Source: Candidatus Caldarchaeales archaeon
Lineage (GTDB): Archaea > Thermoproteota > Nitrososphaeria_A > Caldarchaeales > Wolframiiraptoraceae
Assembly: GCA_039630055.1 (NCBI GenBank)
Contig: JBCNVN010000020.1
Coordinates: 1-28,152, forward strand
Direction: 5' to 3'
Length of the DNA: 28,152 nt
Shown here: one piece after another, positions 7,968-16,647 of the stretch
How the letters are laid out: every line of letters starts with the position of its first letter
How positions within the stretch are numbered: position 1 is the first letter of the stretch
The notes under the pieces: model-generated
What the model was told of the DNA's origin: nothing
Databases searched by the model: none
Seen by the model: the letters and a program-made list of their open reading frames with translations, nothing else
Translations under genes and position numbers: made by a program

Positions 7968-8829
7968 AGCAATCGTTCATGGAGCCATATCTATTCTCAA
8001 CGCCATTCCAGCTGGGATAGGTGGAGCGATCGGTATAGATCTTCAAACAATGGTTGAAGCAGAATCCTTAGAGGATGAAAAAAAGCTACATGTTGAGATA
8101 AAAGTAGAAGATGATAGAGTAGAAGATATTTCACTGGTGGAGAAGACGGTTGATAGGATTCTAAAACTTTCTAGAGACCGAGATATAGGAATAGGATTGA
8201 AGATCTCTTCAAATATTCCGGTTGCTAGAGGTTTAAAGAGTTCTAGTGCTGTGACAGATGCTGTAACCTTAGCTGTTTCAAAACTGCTCGGGATAGACCT
8301 AAGCCTAATGGAAGCTGTAAATCTAGCAGTTGAATCTTCTATAGATGCTGGAGTAACCATTACAGGCGCATATGATGATGCATTAACATGTATGATAGGA
8401 GGAGTAAACATTACGGATAACTATAAGAGAGAGATACTGGCCCACTGGGAGATCGAGGAGAAATACAGCATACTTATTATGGTACCTGAAAAAAAGATAT
8501 ATACAAAGACCGTAGATGTATCGGCCTTGAGAAACATTGGAGAACTTTCTCGAAGAGTTGCTGAACTTGCTCTTAATGGATGGATATGGGATGCGATGAT
8601 ACTCAACGGTATTCTGATTGCCTCGGCACTAGAACTAGATTATGAGCCTGTAATGGTTGCATTGAAGAATAAAGCGACTGCTTCAGGGATCTCCGGTAAG
8701 GGGCCTGCTGTAGTCGCTGTTACATTACCAGAATATGAGAGAGAGCTAGAGACCGAGCTCAAGAATTATGGTAAGATTATAAAGACTAGACCTAGCAACC
8801 AGCTTGCAAAAGTAGAAGTTGTAAAATAA
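7957..8829 (+). CDS. aroK: Archaeal shikimate kinase (GHMP family)
   Basis: GAISILNAIPAGIG, IPVARGLKSSSA, VTITGAYDD, SGKGP. Confidence 0.94.
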   Translation: MKVRAIVHGAISILNAIPAGIGGAIGIDLQTMVEAESLEDEKKLHVEIKVEDDRVEDISLVEKTVDRILKLSRDRDIGIGLKISSNIPVARGLKSSSAVTDAVTLAVSKLLGIDLSLMEAVNLAVESSIDAGVTITGAYDDALTCMIGGVNITDNYKREILAHWEIEEKYSILIMVPEKKIYTKTVDVSALRNIGELSRRVAELALNGWIWDAMILNGILIASALELDYEPVMVALKNKATASGISGKGPAVVAVTLPEYERELETELKNYGKIIKTRPSNQLAKVEVVK

Positions 8830-8904
8830 TTCCCTATAAGATCTAGGCTCCAGCTAGAAGTCATTAAAATATCATAATGTATATCCTTAAAATTTCTATA
8901 ATAG

Positions 8905-8910
8905 TTTTTT
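8905..8910 (+). terminator. Possible archaeal oligo(T) terminator after aroK
   Basis: TTTTTT run about 75 nt after the aroK stop; weak evidence in AT-rich DNA. Confidence 0.3.
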
Positions 8911-9017
8911 AATCTCTAGGGTTTGAGAAGATAAACAATTATTCAAGACAGATCTGTGTTAAGTTGACAAGTCTGCATTAAGAAAAGCTCATTATGAAGG
9001 CTCGAGAATATAATAAT

Positions 9018-10352
9018 ATGAAGAAAGAAGATCTGAATAGGAAGCTTTCAAGAAGAGAGTTTCTAGGTGTAACGAGAGCTGCAGCTGTTGGAGGAGTTGT
9101 TGCCGCGGGAGTGATAGGAGGGGTCGCAGGATATATAGCTGGAACAGGAGCAGCTCCAGCTCCAGTAACTATTACTAAGACTGTTACCGAGGTCAAAGAA
9201 GTGGTAAAGACTGAGACAGCGCCTACAAAACCACTTAAAGTTGGTTATATCTATGTTGGACCTATAGGAGACTATGGCTGGAGTTACGGACATGACAGGG
9301 GAAGGATTTGGGCTGATAAAAATTTCGGAAAACCTGTTGAGAGTATCTATATAGAGTCGGTGCCGGAGCCAGAGGTAAGTGGAGCTATAACAAGCTTGAT
9401 AGAGAAGGGTGTCGACCTAGTTTTTACTACGAGCTTCGGGTTCATGGATCCCACGGCGGATGCTGCAGCAAGATATCCTGACAAATACTTTGTACATATT
9501 AGTGGCTACAGAAGTGGTGCAGCTGGAAATGCTCCTGAAAATATGAGCGCAGCATTTGCTGAATTCTATCAACTATATTATCTGAATGGCTTGGCCGCTG
9601 GAGCGGTTACAGAGACGGGAGTAGTAGGATATGTTGGTGCTTTTCCAATACCAGAGGTTGTCAGGCATATAAATGCATTCGTTATTGGAGCGAATTATGC
9701 TTATAAGAAAAGGACTGGAAAGGATATTAGAGCACATGTAAGCTGGATATTTGAATGGGTGGCTCCAGAGAAGGCTAGAGCTGCAGCAATAGCTCTAGTA
9801 GAAGAAAAGAATTGCGACGTCCTAGCATTTACAGAGGATACCCCGGCAGTCTTACAAGTAGCGGAAGAGTATCAGAAGAAGGGGAGAAAGGTCTGGAGCT
9901 TCAGCCACTATAGTGATATGAGAGAGTATGGGCCGACAGCACATTTAACTGGACAGATAGCTAACTGGGGGCCAATCTACCTAGACTTCTATAGGATGGT
10001 TGCAACCAATAGTTGGCAGTCTGTAGACATATGGACTAGGATTGGAGATTATATGCCTTGGAGATGGAGGCTTCCAGAAGAGAAGAGTACCGCGGGAAAA
10101 CCGGAGGGAACAGTCTACCTAGCACCTCTAAATCCAGTAATCCCCAGTGAGTGGCAAAGAGAGATAAAGAGAAGATATGAAGAGATGAAAGAATTAATCT
10201 TCGAGCCATTTAGTGTTGAGGGAAATCTAGGTGAACCTATAAGAGACCAAGATGGAGAGGTAAGAATAAAGGCTGGTGAGAGAGCAGACCACGATATGCT
10301 CTGGACGATGGATTGGCATGTTGAACAGATTGAGGAGCGACTACCGAAATAG
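9018..10352 (+). CDS. BMP/PnrA-family ABC substrate-binding protein (probable nucleoside/purine), Tat signal
   Basis: KVGYIYVGPIGDYGWSYGHDRGR, FTTSFGFMD, GYVGAFPIPEVVRHINAF; N-terminal SRREFL plus hydrophobic helix. Start ATG 9018 or 8994. Confidence 0.88.
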   Translation: MKKEDLNRKLSRREFLGVTRAAAVGGVVAAGVIGGVAGYIAGTGAAPAPVTITKTVTEVKEVVKTETAPTKPLKVGYIYVGPIGDYGWSYGHDRGRIWADKNFGKPVESIYIESVPEPEVSGAITSLIEKGVDLVFTTSFGFMDPTADAAARYPDKYFVHISGYRSGAAGNAPENMSAAFAEFYQLYYLNGLAAGAVTETGVVGYVGAFPIPEVVRHINAFVIGANYAYKKRTGKDIRAHVSWIFEWVAPEKARAAAIALVEEKNCDVLAFTEDTPAVLQVAEEYQKKGRKVWSFSHYSDMREYGPTAHLTGQIANWGPIYLDFYRMVATNSWQSVDIWTRIGDYMPWRWRLPEEKSTAGKPEGTVYLAPLNPVIPSEWQREIKRRYEEMKELIFEPFSVEGNLGEPIRDQDGEVRIKAGERADHDMLWTMDWHVEQIEERLPK

Positions 10353-10395
10353 GATCTAAACATACCTCCTATACCTTTATTTTTATCTTAACTAT

Positions 10396-11946
10396 ATGAT
10401 AGTGGTGGAGAGGTTGAAGGAGCTTGTAAATCTTAAAGGTATAGTGAAGAAATTTCCAGGAGTGGTTGCCAACGATAATGTAGATTTTATCTTGAATAAG
10501 GGAGAGATACATGCCCTACTCGGTGAGAACGGAGCTGGAAAAACAACTCTTATGAATATCTTGTATGGTCTCTACAAGCCAGACTCAGGAGAGATATATG
10601 TCGATGGTAGACTAGTAGAGATAAAATCACCTAAAGATGCCATCAAGCTTGGAATTGGCATGGTTCATCAGAATTTTAAACTCATACCCTCACATACTGT
10701 ACTAGAGAACATAATATTGGGCTTGAAAGATGTTGGGTTTATAATAAACAATAAAAAGATAAGAGAAGAGATAAGGAAACTATCCGATCAATATGGATGG
10801 AAGATAGATCCGAACACTTATGTTTGGCAGCTCTCAGCAGGGGAGAAGCAACAGGTAGAGTTATTGAAGATACTTTATAGAAAATCGAAGATATTGATTT
10901 TGGATGAACCTACATCAGTTCTTACACCACAAGAGTGTAGGCATTTATTCAATGCTTTAAGGAGGATGGCGGAAGAGGGGAAGGGTATCATCTTTATTAC
11001 ACACAAGCTAGATGAAGCCATGACGCTATGTGATAGGATAACCGTTATGAGAAGAGGAAGGGTTGTCGCGGTGAAGAACGCTAATGAGACAGACGTGGTA
11101 GAACTTGCAAACTATATGGTGGGTAGACCACTACTCTTCAACCTGAAAAAGAGTAAGACATATTCAGATGAAGAACTATTAATAGTGCGAAACCTGAAGG
11201 CTTTTGGAGATACTGGAATACTTGCATTGAAGAATGTTAACCTAACGATAAAGAAGAACGAGATCCTTGGAGTAATCGGGGTTACGGGAAATGGGCAGCA
11301 AGAGTTAGCAGAGGTCTTAGCAGGCTTAAGAAGAGCGGTTGATGGACAGATAATAGTTGAGGGTATAAACGTGGTGAACTCTAACCCTCAGAAGATGATA
11401 GAGCTTGGCATCGCCTATATACCGCCTGAGCCTATGAAGTATGGGATAGCTCCAAACCTCTCCATCGTGGACAACCTCTTTCTTAAAGCTTATAGATATA
11501 AACCATACTCCAGGAAGTCGATCATAGACTGGGAGAAGATGAAGAATAAAGCTGAAGAAATTATAGCTAGATTTAATATTGTATGTCCAAGCATTTCCGC
11601 CAAGGCTAGATCTCTATCTGGTGGAAATATACAGAGATTGATACTTGCAAGAGAACTCTCAGAACTTGTTGGTGGAGTAAGGCCAAAGCTCATCATCGCT
11701 TCATATCCTACGAAGGGGTTAGATGTTGCTGCAGCAGAATTTGTAAATAATACTTTGATAGAATATAGTAAGCTCGGTACAAGTATCCTTTACATTACGG
11801 AAGATGTTGAAGAAGCTATGATAGTTTGTGATAGGGTTGCAGTAATACATGATGGGAGGATAATTGGAATATTCAAGCCAGGTGAGGTAAATATGGAGAA
11901 GGTAGGCTTGATGATGGCTGGCGTGGAAGCCATAAACCCATCTTAA
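10396..11946 (+). CDS. ABC ATPase with two fused NBDs (CUT2/NupA type)
   Basis: GENGAGKTT Walker A, LSAGEKQ, ILDEPT, second domain LSGGNIQR and PTKGLD. Start may be TTG near 10414. Confidence 0.92.
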   Translation: MIVVERLKELVNLKGIVKKFPGVVANDNVDFILNKGEIHALLGENGAGKTTLMNILYGLYKPDSGEIYVDGRLVEIKSPKDAIKLGIGMVHQNFKLIPSHTVLENIILGLKDVGFIINNKKIREEIRKLSDQYGWKIDPNTYVWQLSAGEKQQVELLKILYRKSKILILDEPTSVLTPQECRHLFNALRRMAEEGKGIIFITHKLDEAMTLCDRITVMRRGRVVAVKNANETDVVELANYMVGRPLLFNLKKSKTYSDEELLIVRNLKAFGDTGILALKNVNLTIKKNEILGVIGVTGNGQQELAEVLAGLRRAVDGQIIVEGINVVNSNPQKMIELGIAYIPPEPMKYGIAPNLSIVDNLFLKAYRYKPYSRKSIIDWEKMKNKAEEIIARFNIVCPSISAKARSLSGGNIQRLILARELSELVGGVRPKLIIASYPTKGLDVAAAEFVNNTLIEYSKLGTSILYITEDVEEAMIVCDRVAVIHDGRIIGIFKPGEVNMEKVGLMMAGVEAINPS

Positions 11947-13064
11947 TGGTGGTCGATTTGACTAGACAAAATCTTATACCATACAGGATTAAGATTGAGA
12001 AGAGGTTTCACTACTCTCGTAAACTCTCTATATTAACAACCATATTAAGCATTCTTATCGCCTTCGTCATAGCTGGTGCTACACTCTCGCTACTAGGTGC
12101 AGATACAATAACAGCGTATAGACAGATAGTCTCGGTCTTCACCACTCCGACATTGCTGATTGAGGCCGTGAAGTATGCTATCCCTATAGGGCTTGCAGCA
12201 TTAGGCTTGAACATCGCTTTTAAGATGAATTTCTGGAATATCGGTGCAGAAGGTCAGATATACATGGGCATGTTCGCATCTACAGGCATCGTCCTACTTC
12301 ATACATACCATGGAGTTATTCCTGAATATCTAGTACTCCCAATTATGATCGTAACCTCATTTATAACTGGAGGAGCATGGTGTGCTCTTCCAGCCTTCCT
12401 CAAATCAAAATTAAAGGTAAATGAGATACTGACGACTCTAATGATGAATTATATTGCAATATACTTTGTAGACTTCTTGATATATGGACCTTGGAGAGAT
12501 CCAAGAGGTTATGGATTCCCCCTCTCTATACCCTTTCCAGATCATGCTAGGCTAACAATACTCTTCGGAGAATCTATCTACATGGGATCGATACTCTTTC
12601 TCGCAATGATAGTACTGGTCTTCTTCATACTAAAGTACACTACACTTGGTTTTGAGTTAAAGGTGGTTGGAGAAAGTTTGGAGACGGCTAGATATGCTGG
12701 AACAAACTTGGCTAGAGTGATAACCCTAGGAGGTTTCTTGTCTGGAGGTTTCGCAGGGTTAGGTGGGCTAGCCATAGTAAGCGGTATTGTCGGTAGACTA
12801 AGACCTAGAGCATCTGCCGGATATGGATACACAGCTATAATAGTAGTCCTCTTATCAACGTTGAATCCTTGGCTGATAATACCTACCAGCATATTCTTTG
12901 GAGGTTTATTTGTAACTGGAAACATGCTACAAGCAACCTTAAACATACCGGGAGCTACGATAGATATGCTACAAGCTCTCATACTCTTATTCATCTTATC
13001 TGGAGAGCTGCTCAAACGTTATAAGATAACTATCCTCTCGGAGGAGATAAAAACTGAACATTGA
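11946..13064 (+). CDS. ABC permease I (NupB-like)
   Basis: Polytopic membrane protein with WNIGAEGQ, VNEILTTLMMNY, GYGYTAIIV motifs. Confidence 0.9.
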   Translation: MVVDLTRQNLIPYRIKIEKRFHYSRKLSILTTILSILIAFVIAGATLSLLGADTITAYRQIVSVFTTPTLLIEAVKYAIPIGLAALGLNIAFKMNFWNIGAEGQIYMGMFASTGIVLLHTYHGVIPEYLVLPIMIVTSFITGGAWCALPAFLKSKLKVNEILTTLMMNYIAIYFVDFLIYGPWRDPRGYGFPLSIPFPDHARLTILFGESIYMGSILFLAMIVLVFFILKYTTLGFELKVVGESLETARYAGTNLARVITLGGFLSGGFAGLGGLAIVSGIVGRLRPRASAGYGYTAIIVVLLSTLNPWLIIPTSIFFGGLFVTGNMLQATLNIPGATIDMLQALILLFILSGELLKRYKITILSEEIKTEH

Positions 13065-14037
13065 ATGGTTTGAACAAGTATTCCAATTAACGGTACAGAT
13101 GGGCACGATCTACCTCATAGCATCTCTAGGCGAGATATATGCAGAGCGTTCAGGGGTCTTGAATCTAGGTCTAGAGGGGATGATGATTATGGGTGCAGCA
13201 ACCTCGTTCATATTCACGATAGCATATGGACATCCTGCAGCCTTATTCATGTCTGCATTGGTAGGGATAATGTTGAGTCTGATCTTGGCGGTCATGACTA
13301 TACGTTTAAGGTTAAACCAAGTAGTAGTAGGCTTAGCATTAACATTGCTGGGAATTGGGTTAAGCGGTCTCATAACATTTCCAGGGATAAGGGAGAGGAT
13401 ACTCTTATCTTTGAATCCTTCTTTATCGAAAAGCATGTTGGTAATACAGCAGGCTGAAAAGCTTCCAGAGATACCTATACCAATACTCTCACAGATACCT
13501 TTCCTCGGAAAAGCATTCTTTACACACAATATACTCGTCTATTCTTCACTTATACTAGCAGTAGCTATGTGGTTCATTCTGTTTAAGACTAGGATAGGGC
13601 TTGTAATTAGATCTGTTGGAGAGAACCCATCCATGGCCGACTCTCTCGGTGTAAACGTTTTTCTTGTTAGATATTTAACGGTGTTGACGAGCGGATTATT
13701 CGCAGGCTTATCGGGTGCCTACTTCTTTATAGGATTCCATCCATTCTGGAGAGAAGGGTTAACGGCTGGAAGAGGATTCATAGCGCTCTCATTGGTTATA
13801 CTTGCAACATGGAACCCGGTCAGAGCGATTCTTGGAGCATACCTCTTCGGAGGGGTAGAGACTTTCCAATACAGACTTCAGTTATTCGGTCTAGGCGCCC
13901 AATCTCCATACTTTATCGCTATGCTCCCATACATCGTAACGATAATCACTTTGATCCTAATCTCTATAGAGACTGTCAGAAAGAGGATAGGGGTACCGGC
14001 TGCTCTCGGAGTACCCTACTCAAGAGAAGATGGATAG
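13054..14037 (+). CDS. ABC permease II (NupC-like); start uncertain (CTG 13054, ATT 13060 or ATG 13099)
   Basis: LGEIYAERSGVLNLGLEGMM, RSVGENP, AGRGFIAL, MLPYIVT, PAALGVPY. Frame is open back to 13051 with GGAGGA at 13040-13045. Confidence 0.88.
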   Translation: MNIEWFEQVFQLTVQMGTIYLIASLGEIYAERSGVLNLGLEGMMIMGAATSFIFTIAYGHPAALFMSALVGIMLSLILAVMTIRLRLNQVVVGLALTLLGIGLSGLITFPGIRERILLSLNPSLSKSMLVIQQAEKLPEIPIPILSQIPFLGKAFFTHNILVYSSLILAVAMWFILFKTRIGLVIRSVGENPSMADSLGVNVFLVRYLTVLTSGLFAGLSGAYFFIGFHPFWREGLTAGRGFIALSLVILATWNPVRAILGAYLFGGVETFQYRLQLFGLGAQSPYFIAMLPYIVTIITLILISIETVRKRIGVPAALGVPYSREDG

Positions 14038-14220
14038 TTACCTTCAAAACATCTCTCAGGATGCTGAATATGGCAAGATCTTCCAATCAAGATTCCTCCC
14101 TGACATCTTAAGGCATCCTCTAGAAGGGGTGTACTAGAATATGAGAGTCAGAGCCTATACCTATAAACGTACTAGATCTCTCGATATGGGTTTGAGGATG
14201 AGTCTCCTTAGTCTAAACAA

Positions 14221-14679
14221 CTAGATCATTAGCTGAATACATACAGCTACTATTATACCATATAGTATGTGGAGCATTATACTTAGTATGATTGGCGATG
14301 TTTTGAGAGGATGTCTTAATATCGAGACCCCTGTTATAGATTTATGGATAAGGGCAAGGGTTAGCAGCCAGAGAACAATACCGAATAAGGCTCCTAAAAG
14401 CAGGACACTCAAGATCTTTAAAATAGGGAAAAAGAATATTGTCAAGGAGTAGCCGACTGCAGCAAGAGCTCCATTGAGAAAGTGGAGCGAGAAGCTAGGT
14501 AACAGAACATCGTCTGGATCCTTGTGGAAAAGTCTCGAGAGTATCATCTGATTCTCATGCCATTCTAGGATACCTATAGTACCCCATCTTCTCCAGAAAA
14601 AGTATTGGGGCACACTCATTATAGCGGTCGCAATTATTCCTGCTACCAGTCCTGAGAGAATGACTACTAGTAGCATCAT
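14221..14679 (-). CDS. Uncharacterised membrane protein (about four TM helices)
   Basis: 152-aa ORF with hydrophobic segments and conserved-looking His motifs (LHFLNG, LHILYG). Confidence 0.7.
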   Translation of the reverse strand: MMLLVVILSGLVAGIIATAIMSVPQYFFWRRWGTIGILEWHENQMILSRLFHKDPDDVLLPSFSLHFLNGALAAVGYSLTIFFFPILKILSVLLLGALFGIVLWLLTLALIHKSITGVSILRHPLKTSPIILSIMLHILYGIIVAVCIQLMI

Positions 14680-14974
14680 AGGTTCTATCTATAACCATAT
14701 TATAAAATCTATCTTCATTACATAGTCTCTAATAGCATTCATCAGCTAGGACCAAGTTTCTATTTTTCTCATGATGTTCTCAGATAGCTAACCATCCATG
14801 ACCTGTTACTAGGTTCCATTTACTCGATCTTCGAAGAAGATATGAATCAAGTTGAACAGATAATTAAAAATTCAATAGATGTTTAGGATAAATTCTAGTT
14901 TTTTATATCTGTAAACGTTTTTGATTAGACTGAATTCTTCTATAGAATTGTCGTCCGATTTTGTTGTCGATATC

Positions 14975-15890
14975 TCATTCTTTAATCAGACGACTTCTCG
15001 GTGGTAGGGATAAAAGCGAAGTGTAAATCTTGTCTATATTTAGTGATGCTCCCCTCTTGAGATTATCAAATAATATGAACGTTTTCAATCCGATCTCTAT
15101 AAGCTTCTCATCCAAGATGGAGATATCTGAATCATCTATCCTGATCAAACCCTCCTTAGAATAATCATTTACTACCATCAAGATACAGCCTGTGAATTTT
15201 CTGATCCTAAGACATCTCTCATAATAATTTCTCAGTATACAGTATGCTGAAGACTCCATCTCGCTCGATATCGCACCCATCTCAATGTAAGATTGAAGCT
15301 TCTCTTTAAGCTCTAAACGTCTCGGAGAAAAGCTCGGCCTCTCCCTAAAGTATAGGTAATCCTCCGTGTGACTGGACCTATCCAAGGGTCCCCCTAATTT
15401 GTAGCCAAGGTCTTCAGAAGCCGATACTAGTAGAGGTATGGTCTCGATGTTCGCAATGGGAGGATATTCGTGGCCGACTACCGGGGTAGTTGAACCCTCA
15501 TCTCTAATACATCCTGTAGGGACATGTATATGTCCTCTCTTTACATAAGGCTGTAAAGATCCTGATGTACCAAGTCTAAGGATAAATATGGACTCTCCAT
15601 GGACAGACTCTATAATCTCTGGTAAGATTACCATCACACTCGCTGGCCCCACATCCATAGAGATCGCAGAGACTTCCAATCCTTAATATATGCCATTTAC
15701 TACAACATGACCTCTCTTCCCGATAATAACTTCAGAGTATTCTAAATATCCTGCTACTTTCCTTATACTTTCGGCCGAGCCGCCTGCTAAAATATAGGGA
15801 CCGAGTTTATCAACTTCTAAGTGGGCTGTTTTACCACTACACGTAAAAAGTGATCTTCATAATCTTTTTCTCCAGGAAAAATACTCGGAC
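14975..15890 (-). pseudogene. Disrupted uridine/purine nucleoside phosphorylase (PNP/UDP family)
   Basis: RLGTSGSLQ, RDEGST, SEMES motifs. The frame extends upstream (TAHLEVDKLGPYILAGGSAESIRKVAGYL...NGIY*GLEV) through an in-frame TAA at 15683-15685, and there is no clean in-frame start. 5' boundary approximate. Confidence 0.8.
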
Positions 15891-16033
15891 CAATATTTAT
15901 AAATTAAAAAGTTAAAGAGCTTTATTACTCAAATGATTATACTTCTCCTCGAACTTCTCTAGGTTCGGGATGGATGAAATTTTTGATATCATGCTCCCTT
16001 GTAAAAAGCTAAGAGAATCACAAGTCTTTCAAT

Positions 16034-16300
16034 CTACTCTTTCTTCTCTTCAGTAAGTTCCTTTCCCAGTTCTTTCTCAATCTCTTCTATCGGTTTCGGA
16101 GGTGGCGTGGTAGCCAAAGTGTATCCTATCCAAGCAAGTATTGCGAGGACCCCCGTAACGGCAACGAATGCTGTTATCTTTAAGACGATCATCCCCCAAT
16201 CTGAGAAGAAGAGTAGCCAATTATAGACTAATATACCTATGATGGATGCGACGAGTATTAGTACGCCGGCTAGTACATCTCTGCTCAAACCTTTATCCAC
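16034..16300 (-). CDS. Small archaeal two-TM membrane protein of unknown function
   Basis: Two TM helices followed by WIGYTLATTPPPKPIEEIEKE, a C-terminus I recognise from conserved archaeal hypothetical proteins. Confidence 0.8.
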   Translation of the reverse strand: MDKGLSRDVLAGVLILVASIIGILVYNWLLFFSDWGMIVLKITAFVAVTGVLAILAWIGYTLATTPPPKPIEEIEKELGKELTEEKKE

Positions 16301-16470
16301 ACTCCACTGGTAAGAAGCCGACTCACTGATTTTTATATTTTTTCTATCTTTCCAGCTTGATAAATATAGTTTTGCATCAAAATTTACATACTATTCTGAA
16401 ATGTCTCTCCGATAGCTCAGAGTAGAAATATCTCATATCACGGATCTTCCATATCTATCTAGAATCCCTA

Positions 16471-16603
16471 AATCTTCAAGACTCTTTCAAATAGGATTTA
16501 TTTATTCAGGTCTCCCGACTTTACCCTTACGCGGTACAGCTCTCCACAGCACGTAACACTTAATAAACATACTTCAAATAAATTCCTATTTGGACTGAAG
16601 ATT
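16471..16603. repeat. Degenerate inverted-repeat pair (MITE-like remnant or paired operator)
   Basis: CAAATAGGATTTATTT (16488-16503) versus AAATAAATTCCTATTTG (16576-16592, one indel), with outer AATCTTCA (16471-16478) / TGAAGATT (16596-16603). Confidence 0.5.
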
Positions 16604-16647
16604 AAGAGTTTATATTATTGTGAAATGTTATACAAGTCTAGATTAGA

